Virus record (IMG/VR): IMGVR_UViG_3300020419_000009
Coordinates: 35,400-99,399 of that record
Length of the DNA: 64,000 bases
From: a virus
Reading direction: 5' to 3' (one strand)
Shown one piece after another: positions 56,347 through 64,000 of the stretch (the stretch's first letter is position 1; each line of letters begins with the position of its first letter). The translations under genes were made by a program, and so were the position numbers. The notes under the pieces were generated by a model. That model did not search any database and was not told the DNA's origin. It saw only the letters and a list, made by a program, of their open reading frames with translations.

Positions 56347-56875
56347 GTATTATTGGTTGATCTTTACCGTATTCGTCCCACGATGTAAACTTTTTTCTAT
56401 CTTTGAGTTCAGATGCATAATACACCCATACACCTGGATTGGTTGCCTTAAAGTTTGTATCGTCAATTTTGATACAAGCATTATAATTAAGTTGTTCTAT
56501 GTAAGGAAGTTTTACTGAAATCATACTTATAAACTGGTCGTGTTCATTATATCCACTTTCTAGTACAAATTCATGAAATCTTACATCATAATCTAGTGTA
56601 ACCCAATATCCTGCTTTCAAAAGTTCTGTAACCATTTCGTCCCAGTCTTCTGATTCTTGTGATGTACCTAGGTCGCCTGTGATATTAAAACTTTGATTAG
56701 CACCAAGGTATATATGATCACAATCATTCCTATTTGCTAATTTTATAATATCACGATAAGGCTTTACTCCAACAACAAAAAGAGTTTTCTTATCATAGGC
56801 AGGAGTCTTTTCAACTTCTAGTCCTACAAAGTAGTCTATGTTAGTCTTTTCGCCGTCTATGTAGTCTCTATTCAT
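56330..56875 (-). CDS. Hypothetical protein between dpdA and the T-fold gene
   Basis: 181 aa ORF: GLEVEKTP...TLFVVG...HIYLGANQSF...KIDD..FKATNPGVW. Confidence 0.55.
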   Translation of the reverse strand: MNRDYIDGEKTNIDYFVGLEVEKTPAYDKKTLFVVGVKPYRDIIKLANRNDCDHIYLGANQSFNITGDLGTSQESEDWDEMVTELLKAGYWVTLDYDVRFHEFVLESGYNEHDQFISMISVKLPYIEQLNYNACIKIDDTNFKATNPGVWVYYASELKDRKKFTSWDEYGKDQPIILDKEH

Positions 56876-57050
56876 TTTTTAGCCTATCCTTTGCCACTAA
56901 TTTTTGTTTTTTTAAGTTTACGAGATGAACTTTGTGGCTGTAAGTTCTATCGTAATTCCGTTCTTTCTCTACTTCTTCTACTTTCTTAGACAAATAATCA
57001 TGTAAACCTGTTAATCGTTTTGCCTTTTTACTTAATCTTCCTGTCGCCAT
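56868..57050 (-). CDS. Small helical-hairpin protein (DUF465-like)
   Basis: 60 aa; H..L...V...E...LKKQKL..KD.L pattern. Confidence 0.45.
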   Translation of the reverse strand: MATGRLSKKAKRLTGLHDYLSKKVEEVEKERNYDRTYSHKVHLVNLKKQKLVAKDRLKNE

Positions 57051-57052
57051 CT

Positions 57053-58504
57053 TTATACCTCCTCAAACAAATTTCCAAATTGCGTTGTTGCATTGACTGT
57101 TTTCTTACCAACGGCACCTCTTGTACCGATGATGCTCATCCAAAATTTATTGAATTCTTCTATTACTGCATTTGCTTCATCTCTATTATCAGTAGCAAAT
57201 ATAGCCTCTACTACATCTCTAAAATACACTCTGTCAAAAGATTCATCTACTAACATTGAAGGCAAGATACCTTGATCATATTTTCTATTAGCTTCTTGTA
57301 CGGCATTTATGTGACTCCAAACATTATGTCCCATCTGTATTGCATAACTAAAAGAGTCCCAAGATGTTTTTCCTTCTTTGCCTATTTTGTTTACATCTCC
57401 TGGCTTGTAAATACAAACATCAGATACTTTTAAGTTTTGTGTCAGTGGAGAATCTGTAAAGTTTTTAAATATATTATCTTGCAATACTGCATCTTTAAAT
57501 AATCTATTATCAGTTGCATACTTTTTGTCATCAACTGATGGAACCATTCTATAAACCCATTTAGTTCTATCTTGTGTTTCTGTTTGTATGTATATTTGAC
57601 CATTTGCAGTTGCTAAGAAAGGAGATGCACAATCAAAAGTTATTGTAAAGTTTTCATTGTGATATTTACGAACTGCTCTTTGTACATCAGTTAATAATGT
57701 TGCCCACTCTAACTTACTTGTACCTAAGAAGTGCATAAAGTCATGTTTACCTTTTTCTAATAGTCCATCAAAACGTAATGCTACCAATCTTTTTAGTGCT
57801 AGATGTATGTCACACATATTCTGTCCACCCATTGACCAACCATTAAAATGATCTGTATACTTCTTTGGATCACAGTAATCTTTCATTTGTTGATACCAAT
57901 CGTCAGCGTCAGCATGATTCTCGCCTTGTAATACATTCAAGAACTTACAATTACCATTTCTATTTTTCATAAAGTAATCATTGTTTATTCTTGTAGCAGT
58001 TACGGCATCTTGATATTTCGTAATACCTGTTGCCTTTTGTCCTTCTGGTGAACGTGATACCCAAGCCGGAATATCAAGTATCATACCATAGTCCATATAT
58101 GCATCCATCCATGCAAGAACTTGTTCACGTTTCTTTTGTGCTTTAGGACAGTTAGGATCTTTCCAATCACCTTCCCATACACCCTTACCAATCTGGAAAC
58201 CACCGGAGTCACCTAGTAACCAACTGTTGTTTCTATCTCTGTTCCTAATCATATCTTCTTTAGGAGAATCTTTATTGATATCAAGTTCGGCATGTCCTGC
58301 ACTATAAAGAGTCCAGTGATAGTTAAACAAGCCATCTTTTTTGTTTAACCAGTTCATTGATTCCATTCCGTTAGGATAAGGAATACGTGTTTTATCTACA
58401 TACTCATCAGATCTTTGTTTTCCTACAAAAGTTGCATAAAATCCGCTAAGAGCTGGAAGAAATAATGCATAGTCCTTTTGTGCTTCTGTTAGATTAGTAT
58501 TCAA
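57053..58504 (-). CDS. dpdA: TGT-fold guanine transglycosylase, probably DNA 7-deazaguanine-inserting DpdA family
   Basis: GDSGGFQIG, MILDIP, NVLQG, SMGGQ, HFLGTS, TFDCASP and GHN motifs of the TGT fold; no CxCxxC Zn site; co-located with folE, queE, clamp and DNA polymerase. Confidence 0.7.
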   Translation of the reverse strand: MNTNLTEAQKDYALFLPALSGFYATFVGKQRSDEYVDKTRIPYPNGMESMNWLNKKDGLFNYHWTLYSAGHAELDINKDSPKEDMIRNRDRNNSWLLGDSGGFQIGKGVWEGDWKDPNCPKAQKKREQVLAWMDAYMDYGMILDIPAWVSRSPEGQKATGITKYQDAVTATRINNDYFMKNRNGNCKFLNVLQGENHADADDWYQQMKDYCDPKKYTDHFNGWSMGGQNMCDIHLALKRLVALRFDGLLEKGKHDFMHFLGTSKLEWATLLTDVQRAVRKYHNENFTITFDCASPFLATANGQIYIQTETQDRTKWVYRMVPSVDDKKYATDNRLFKDAVLQDNIFKNFTDSPLTQNLKVSDVCIYKPGDVNKIGKEGKTSWDSFSYAIQMGHNVWSHINAVQEANRKYDQGILPSMLVDESFDRVYFRDVVEAIFATDNRDEANAVIEEFNKFWMSIIGTRGAVGKKTVNATTQFGNLFEEV

Positions 58505-58702
58505 TTAAATGTCCGTCCTTACAATGTGTTTTCTTAAAGCTCTAACAAGTTCTTCAATTTTGTCTATTACAGATATCATATCTTTGTCTGTAATATACTT
58601 TTGTTTTTCTCTCAACTTGTCATACTCCTTAAGAGGTATAGTTACTGTGCTATTTTCATTTTCAAATGTTTTGTCATCATCATTAATATTAACACTTGTC
58701 AT
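58505..58702 (-). CDS. Small hypothetical protein
   Basis: ATG 58702 after AGGAG. Confidence 0.45.
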   Translation of the reverse strand: MTSVNINDDDKTFENENSTVTIPLKEYDKLREKQKYITDKDMISVIDKIEELVRALRKHIVRTDI

Positions 58703-58709
58703 AAAACTC

Positions 58710-59456
58710 CTATTTAGATTGTGCTGGTAATATGTAATCATATTGTGCAAGACCACTGTCTACACTGATCTGCATTGCTCCTTGATCACTAAGTGATACA
58801 GTTGCATTGCCATCTAAGTTTAATATAGCTTGTACTTGTGCAACAGGATAAGCCCAAGCATGAGCCAATGTACCTTCTACTGCATTTTGAAATACAAATT
58901 TACCTGCATGTGTGTTTGCATCACCAAAATGGAACACAAGATCACTAGTGCCGTTAGTTTCTTCAACCTTAACTGTAAAAACAGTTTCTTCTGAATGTGC
59001 CGCACTTTGTAATTTCATTCTATTAATAGATGCTATTGAAGGACTGAAGTTAACGTTCCAGTTAGCACCTTTAAACTTTACACTTTTAAGTTTTTCGTTA
59101 ATAATTTCTGTTACCATAAAACGGAAATCGTTTTGAAAGTCACCAGCTTCGTTCTCAAAATGTATTCCAGTAGGAACCTTTTCATTATTACGTTCAGCTT
59201 CTGTGATTGTAAGTTTACTATTTTTTTGATACTCTGGATTTTTCAAATGCAAAGCTAATTTATCTAAGTTCGGCATTCCAAAAATGTTATTTCCAAATTC
59301 AGCAACTTTGCTTTTTGTTTTTGCTGTCAATATTACACTTCTATCTTCAGCCATTGACTCAACAACAGTTGCCTCGTCAGTACCAGTTACTTTTACTAGA
59401 TTCAAAAATCCTAATGAATGTGTCTTAGCAACGATGTCTTGTAAAATATCTTTCAT
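58710..59456 (-). CDS. Probable DNA polymerase sliding clamp (gp45/PCNA-like)
   Basis: 248 aa two-domain-sized alpha/beta protein ending YDYILPA; near the DNA polymerase, with its own sigma70 promoter. Confidence 0.55.
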   Translation of the reverse strand: MKDILQDIVAKTHSLGFLNLVKVTGTDEATVVESMAEDRSVILTAKTKSKVAEFGNNIFGMPNLDKLALHLKNPEYQKNSKLTITEAERNNEKVPTGIHFENEAGDFQNDFRFMVTEIINEKLKSVKFKGANWNVNFSPSIASINRMKLQSAAHSEETVFTVKVEETNGTSDLVFHFGDANTHAGKFVFQNAVEGTLAHAWAYPVAQVQAILNLDGNATVSLSDQGAMQISVDSGLAQYDYILPAQSK

Positions 59457-59477
59457 ATTTCTTCTCCTATTAGTTGT

Positions 59478-59506
59478 ATTATACGATATTTCTTGTTAAA
59501 AGTCAA
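59478..59506 (-). promoter_or_regulatory. Sigma70-type promoter of the clamp-dpdA operon
   Basis: TTGACT-17 nt-TATAAT; AGGAG RBS downstream. Confidence 0.7.
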
Positions 59507-59910
59507 CAACTTTTTACCCTATTTCTAAGATCGCTTGTTGAAAACCTGTGGTCACGTTTATTGAAGTATAACATTATACTCCTTTTTTTACATATATCTT
59601 TACCTGTAAAATCTTTATCTCTATATTCTTCACCCAAAATTCTTACATCGATGTGATACATTTCGAGTATGTCTTCTAGATCTCTTTCTGTTTGGTAAGG
59701 AATGATCTCGTCAACATACTTTACACCATTTAGTTGTGCATGTCTTTCTACTAATGTTTGTACTGGGGAATTTTTTTCTTTCCTGTCTAAGGAAGGATCA
59801 ACTTGTAATCCACAAATAAGGAAATCGCATTGTTCTTTTGCTTCTCGGAGCATTTGCAGATGGCCTGCGTGTAGTAAGTCAAATGTTGAGCAAGTAAAGC
59901 CTATTTTCAT
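59503..59910 (-). CDS. Cytidylyltransferase (TagD/glycerol-3-phosphate CT-like)
   Basis: TFDLLHAGH (HxGH), ER, YVDEII, RDHRFSTSDLR. Confidence 0.85.
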   Translation of the reverse strand: MKIGFTCSTFDLLHAGHLQMLREAKEQCDFLICGLQVDPSLDRKEKNSPVQTLVERHAQLNGVKYVDEIIPYQTERDLEDILEMYHIDVRILGEEYRDKDFTGKDICKKRSIMLYFNKRDHRFSTSDLRNRVKSC

Positions 59911-60626
59911 TTTATGCCTCTATCTTTTAGAAACTGTGCTACTGTATGTTTTGGTGTAAAGCCTAAGTCTCTAAGTTTTTTTGTGTTTGCCTGTGTTATA
60001 TTTCTTTCGCCAATAGTATTTATTTTAACTGGTAGGTCCGGTCTTATATCTTGGATACTTACAGTTGTTCCTGTTCCTACATCTATAGGACCAGTTACTT
60101 TATCATCTATTATTATTTCTATTGCGTCACATAAATCTTCTATATGTATGAAATCTCTTTTGTGCGGAGTTACATATTCTAGTTTGTCATTTAATAGTTT
60201 ATCAAAAAACATATTGGCTCTTGGTATTGGACCATATACAGTATGAAATCTCATAAAACAACAGTTCTTATGAGGTATGTATTCAATAACATTCTTACTT
60301 GCCGCATATGGATTAAGATGTGGCTCGTATTGGGAACTAGATCCTGCTACTAGTACTCTAGCATTAGGATAATAGTTCAAAATTCTTTTTGTTCCTTCAA
60401 CGTTATTATTCCAATATTTGGCAGGATCTGCCAAACTTTCTCTTACACCACCTATACCTGCTAAATGTATTACCATCTCTACAACATTAGGGTGCGGTAA
60501 ATCGCAATCTAATATGTTATTTCCACTTTTTGTGTCTAGTCCTAGCAAATCGTGTTTAGTTGAAAGCCTTTGCCATAAAGCACTTCCTATAAAGCCTTCG
60601 TGTCCTGTTATTAGTATATTATGCAT
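59907..60626 (-). CDS. NAD-dependent nucleotide-sugar epimerase/dehydratase
   Basis: ITGHEGFIG, HLAG, SSS, YAASK (YxxxK), RFHTVYGP, RDFIHIED. Confidence 0.85.
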   Translation of the reverse strand: MHNILITGHEGFIGSALWQRLSTKHDLLGLDTKSGNNILDCDLPHPNVVEMVIHLAGIGGVRESLADPAKYWNNNVEGTKRILNYYPNARVLVAGSSSQYEPHLNPYAASKNVIEYIPHKNCCFMRFHTVYGPIPRANMFFDKLLNDKLEYVTPHKRDFIHIEDLCDAIEIIIDDKVTGPIDVGTGTTVSIQDIRPDLPVKINTIGERNITQANTKKLRDLGFTPKHTVAQFLKDRGIK

Positions 60627-61368
60627 CTTTTATCCTTTTGTTACTTTCTACAACTTGCCCTAATATTGAGAAAGGTTGTTTATAATATAAACCTGTGTAC
60701 ATTAATGCTTTTGTGTCCTTAGGAAAACATGCACCACCAAATCCTCTTTCGCCGTCGGGACCAGGAATTTGCATATGACTTTTAGTAATCCTTTCATCCA
60801 TGCCAACCAAGTCTGCTATGTTTTCATAATTAATTCCCAAGCTAGAACAAAAATCATAAACTTCATTAAAAAATGCTACCTTGGTTGCTAAAAAACTATT
60901 CCGTAAATACTTTGTTAATATTAATTCCTCAATCGTGCCATATACAGGCGTAAAACCTTTTGCTAATATAAAAATATCTTCCCAAAAATCTATATCATCA
61001 CCACCAAACAACATTGTTTTCTGGTTTTTAAAATCTTCATTTGCATTTGCGGCTGTCAAAAACTCGGGACTAAATGTAATGGATTTATTCATGTTGGAAA
61101 TTATTTCCCAACCTTCTAAGCTAATTGTACTTTTAATTAATATAGGTTTGTCACCTGGGCATTGTTTTATAACATCAAAAATTATACTCATATCACAAGC
61201 ACCTGTATCGGAACTTGGTGTGGGTACACAAACTATATACCCGTCTGATTTGTCGTCTATTACATCATCATTGTATTTAGGATCAACTATTTTAACGTCG
61301 TAGTAATCTTTTAATACATTGTGTACTGCTTTACCTACAAAGCCATATCCTATGAGTGTAAGTTTCAT
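60619..61368 (-). CDS. UDP-glucose/GDP-mannose 6-dehydrogenase family protein
   Basis: IGYGFVG, VCVPTP, IKST, SPEFL, KYLRNSFLATKVAFFNE, GFGGACFPKD; ATG 61368 after GGAGA. Confidence 0.85.
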   Translation of the reverse strand: MKLTLIGYGFVGKAVHNVLKDYYDVKIVDPKYNDDVIDDKSDGYIVCVPTPSSDTGACDMSIIFDVIKQCPGDKPILIKSTISLEGWEIISNMNKSITFSPEFLTAANANEDFKNQKTMLFGGDDIDFWEDIFILAKGFTPVYGTIEELILTKYLRNSFLATKVAFFNEVYDFCSSLGINYENIADLVGMDERITKSHMQIPGPDGERGFGGACFPKDTKALMYTGLYYKQPFSILGQVVESNKRIKDA

Positions 61369-61451
61369 AAATTTCTCCAACATAGGTAAGCATAAAATAA
61401 TCCACCTAGTACTAAAGTTAATAACATTATTTCTGCATCTGATATTATCAT
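61365..61451 (-). CDS. 28-aa single-TM microprotein (not in the ORF track)
   Basis: MIISDAEIMLLTLVLGGLFYAYLCWRNL; GGAG RBS; ATGA overlaps at both ends. Confidence 0.5.
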   Translation of the reverse strand: MIISDAEIMLLTLVLGGLFYAYLCWRNL

Positions 61452-61717
61452 TTTGCTCTCCATCTATAAACTTCTTCAGTACAGAAGTTTCTCCAAAATT
61501 TACAGTCTGCCAATTTAGCACCTTCAGTAGGTACTGAACAAACTTTTTCATGTTTACTGTTTTCCCAACAATCGCCAGTCACTCCACGCATCTGAACAAA
61601 TTTTGCAAAGCCGTCATCTATTGACAGCATTATCAAAGCTGGTGCTATAAAAAATAATATTATTATCCATAAAAAGGATACTCCAAAGCCTTGATTATGA
61701 TATGGTTGATTACTCAT
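61448..61717 (-). CDS. Small membrane protein with Cys-rich C-terminus
   Basis: 89 aa; N-terminal TM segment and 4 Cys. Confidence 0.5.
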   Translation of the reverse strand: MSNQPYHNQGFGVSFLWIIILFFIAPALIMLSIDDGFAKFVQMRGVTGDCWENSKHEKVCSVPTEGAKLADCKFWRNFCTEEVYRWRAK

Positions 61718-61943
61718 ATTTTTTCCTTTTAATTTCTTCTTGCATGTCTAACATATTTTGTTTATATTCTTCATATAGTGCTGGATCAGATTTACTGCCA
61801 GTACCGTCTACTCCAAAATTACAACTAACTAAAAGAACAAAAATTAAGCCGATAACCCAACCTGTCTTTTTAGTCAAACTCCAGAAGAGATCATAGGCCT
61901 CTTCTGCTTGTTCTTGTGCAACTTTTTTTACTTCGTCACTCAC
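61710..61943 (-). CDS. Small membrane protein / possible lipoprotein
   Basis: 77 aa; TM segment ending LLVSC. Confidence 0.45.
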   Translation of the reverse strand: MSDEVKKVAQEQAEEAYDLFWSLTKKTGWVIGLIFVLLVSCNFGVDGTGSKSDPALYEEYKQNMLDMQEEIKRKKYE

Positions 61944-62149
61944 TTAATTTCATCTCCTTCTTTATCATGATAAATTTCACCGGCCATAGCCTGTATTTGC
62001 TCTATGTCATGTTTGAGCATTGCATGGTCATAACTACCATCATGATTTTGATATCTTTTCCTATGAGCTAGTACGGCCATATCGTGCATTGCATTAATTT
62101 TGTTTATAAGTTGTTCTAAACTGTGTATCATTTTACTCTCCAAAGTCAA
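61940..62149 (-). CDS. Small hypothetical protein
   Basis: 69 aa ORF after the polymerase; start may be ATG 62131. Confidence 0.45.
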   Translation of the reverse strand: MTLESKMIHSLEQLINKINAMHDMAVLAHRKRYQNHDGSYDHAMLKHDIEQIQAMAGEIYHDKEGDEIK

Positions 62150-63998
62150 AAAGAGTGTTAAACGTATTATTCTGCTTTGTGTTTTCTAAGTCATAGTTTA
62201 ACACACCAATTAAGTTGCCTAATTTATTATCTATTATTGTTTCTTCCATGGCATCATTGTCGAATGGTAGTTCTTTGAACCATTCAGGAAGTCTTAGTTC
62301 ATCAGTTGGATATGCAACTGACGTATAACCTAAAGGATTTTGTTTTAGTTTACATACATTTACTTTCATACCATCAACTATCTCTTGACAGTACTTGTCA
62401 CCGTTCATTCTTTTTAGTGTATTCCAGTTTATACTTGCTCTAACATGACCTGGCATGTTAGCTTTACCTTGTTTTTGTTCTAATCTTTGATAATGTCCTA
62501 TCTTATTTGCACGTTTCGGAGATCCTTTTTCATATCCTGGACGTTGTTTAAATTCTTTTCGAAACTCTGTAATTCTATCTAGTATTTCTTTCTCAGGCTT
62601 GTCAGTTAAAACCATTAGTAATAGTTCACTTAGGAATTCTTGCATGAATACAGGAGTATCCGATCTACGTAGATCAAGACCCATTGCTTTTACCTTACCA
62701 GGTTTGCCATCTGTGTCAGCTCTAAACCCTTCTAAGTCATATACCAGTGCGGCATATCTTTTCTTAGTGATGTATAACCCACTTTCTGCTACAATTTCTC
62801 TACCTGCCGCAATAACATCTGATCTACTTTTAGGACAATGGAATGCTTCTGTCATAAATTTTTCAAAAGTACTGTTTGCCGCTTCGGCAACTTGATCATA
62901 AAGTGTAATAACATTATCTTTTGACCAAGGAATCTTACCAGATGATATGTCTTGTTTTAAAATAGGATATGCACTAAAATAAACTGAGTCAGTATCTCCG
63001 TAAATTACTGCATCTCCTACGTGATCATAAGTACCTGTAATAACCTTGTTTACTTCAGCTGACATGTGTTTAACAATAGTTCTGCCTGATAGTGTAGTTG
63101 ACTGGCCGATACGTTTATCAAAGAATCTACAACCAGGATTAAGAATCGCACCATACAAACTATTCAAATTAATTTTCTTAACCAACTGCCTTTTGTCCCA
63201 ATATTCTATCTCAATATCGTTATTGGCATCTTTTGCTTTTTTAAGTTGTGATTGTAGTTCTTTTCTTTCTTGGTACCAACGTTTTAGTAAACCTGGAATA
63301 ACGCCTTCGTGTTCTGTAGTGAATATAGTACCATTTGAACTTAACATCCAAGGTTTATTACTATCGAAAATTACTTTGTATATCTCAGCACCGCTGAGAA
63401 TGTCTTCTGTACCGTTCTCCCAGTCTACCGTTATAGAGGTATCTCTCTTTTGTTCCATCACTGCATCATATTCTAATGTTGCAAACTTACCTTCCCAAGC
63501 CCCGGCAAAGGATTTTTTCTGTAAGTTCATTGCTTCATTGAGATATTCGTCAGTCATTGTAGGACGAAGTTGTCCTATAATAGTAGCTGGATCCATATTT
63601 AGAGCCCTAATAACCGAAGGATATAGTGAATTCAAGTCCATAGAGCCTATCCATTTATGTAATCCTTTTTTAGGAAAGGCAACATAAGCACCAGCGGCTG
63701 TACTTGCTTCTGGATCACGTTTAGGTCTATTTGGAACTCTCATTCCACGTCTGTGTGCTTCGTTTACAATAGCTTGTTCTGTAACTGCGACAGCACCCAT
63801 AGTTGTCTGTAGCAAAACAGTATTTGCATGAGCAAGTTCGTTACTAAGATCTATAAATCTTAGTTTTTTGTCCAGCTTGTCCAGTAGTGCAGTGTCTTGT
63901 CTGTTGTATTCAATGAACGTTCTGAAGTCATTGTTATAAAGTTGATCGAGGGTACCTTCATAAACAGTCTTCTTTTCGCCAACTTCAAGTTCTCCAAT
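62133..63998 (-). CDS. polB: Family B DNA polymerase (T4 gp43-like), 5'-truncated by window edge
   Basis: Frame open to the window end with ExoIII YNRQD; motif A SMDLNSLYPS, motif B KINLNSLYG, motif C YGDTDS, TKKRYA. Confidence 0.95.
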   Translation of the reverse strand: MGELEVGEKKTVYEGTLDQLYNNDFRTFIEYNRQDTALLDKLDKKLRFIDLSNELAHANTVLLQTTMGAVAVTEQAIVNEAHRRGMRVPNRPKRDPEASTAAGAYVAFPKKGLHKWIGSMDLNSLYPSVIRALNMDPATIIGQLRPTMTDEYLNEAMNLQKKSFAGAWEGKFATLEYDAVMEQKRDTSITVDWENGTEDILSGAEIYKVIFDSNKPWMLSSNGTIFTTEHEGVIPGLLKRWYQERKELQSQLKKAKDANNDIEIEYWDKRQLVKKINLNSLYGAILNPGCRFFDKRIGQSTTLSGRTIVKHMSAEVNKVITGTYDHVGDAVIYGDTDSVYFSAYPILKQDISSGKIPWSKDNVITLYDQVAEAANSTFEKFMTEAFHCPKSRSDVIAAGREIVAESGLYITKKRYAALVYDLEGFRADTDGKPGKVKAMGLDLRRSDTPVFMQEFLSELLLMVLTDKPEKEILDRITEFRKEFKQRPGYEKGSPKRANKIGHYQRLEQKQGKANMPGHVRASINWNTLKRMNGDKYCQEIVDGMKVNVCKLKQNPLGYTSVAYPTDELRLPEWFKELPFDNDAMEETIIDNKLGNLIGVLNYDLENTKQNNTFNTLFDFGE

Positions 63999-64000
63999 GG

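Noticed and set aside
57053-58504. Ordinary tRNA-guanine transglycosylase for queuosine
   Set aside because: Lacks the CxCxxC Zn motif of bacterial Tgt, no queF or queA is nearby, and it sits among replication genes. Disfavoured, not excluded.
61369-61551. 61-aa N-terminal extension of the UDP-sugar dehydrogenase
   Set aside because: The Rossmann motif starts at ATG 61368 after a GGAGA SD, and the upstream region is occupied by two other coupled genes.
41425-63687. + strand ORFs over the - strand block (e.g. 41425..41862, 49177..49758, 60881..61303, 63046..63687)
   Set aside because: Fully antisense to genes with clear conserved motifs; no supporting signals.
1-64000. CRISPR array, tRNA or rRNA genes, integrase/transposase, introns or inteins
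   Set aside because: Intergenic gaps are at most ~120 nt with no repeat-spacer pattern or cloverleaf; the visible polymerase and other conserved genes are uninterrupted.
1-64000. Stop-codon reassignment as in some large phages
   Set aside because: Standard code gives intact, densely packed genes, and TAA, TGA and TAG all occur at sensible gene ends.

Overview
This is a gene-dense, AT-rich (roughly one-third GC by eye) 64 kb segment of a large tailed dsDNA phage, distantly T4-like, read in the standard genetic code. It has four blocks. (1) 1-11.1 kb, + strand: late virion genes, namely a giant baseplate/structural protein truncated at the window start, three tail/fibre proteins sharing an N-terminal domain, and two further structural proteins. 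(2) 11.2-40.9 kb: an unusually dense island of tailoring enzymes. It holds 4 GT-A-like glycosyltransferases, 10 radical SAM enzymes, about 12 2OG-Fe(II)/AspH/TauD-type oxygenases, 2 methyltransferases, and one each of a QueC-like PP-loop ATPase, kinase-like protein, nitroreductase, PLP enzyme, sulfotransferase, SDR, GNAT-like protein and fatty acid desaturase. Coding switches from + to - strand at about 37.1 kb. (3) 40.9-49 kb, - strand: a fibre-like protein, conserved hypotheticals, a MoxR AAA+/VWA-metallopeptidase pair and an RNase H/5'-3' exonuclease. (4) 49-64 kb, - strand: a replication and DNA-modification region containing a family B DNA polymerase (truncated at the window end), nucleotide-sugar enzymes, a probable sliding clamp, a TGT/DpdA-like transglycosylase, a QueD-paralogous T-fold protein with an LxxxHRHxF motif, a GT-B glycosyltransferase, a PRTase, HIT, FolE and QueE, driven by near-consensus sigma70 promoters. 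The three best leads are a possible sugar-decorated 7-deazaguanine DNA hypermodification pathway, the late-expressed radical SAM/oxygenase/GT island next to the tail genes, and a tiny RBS-sequestering hairpin/pseudoknot that forms the whole folE leader. All functional calls come from motifs read by eye; no database searches were run.
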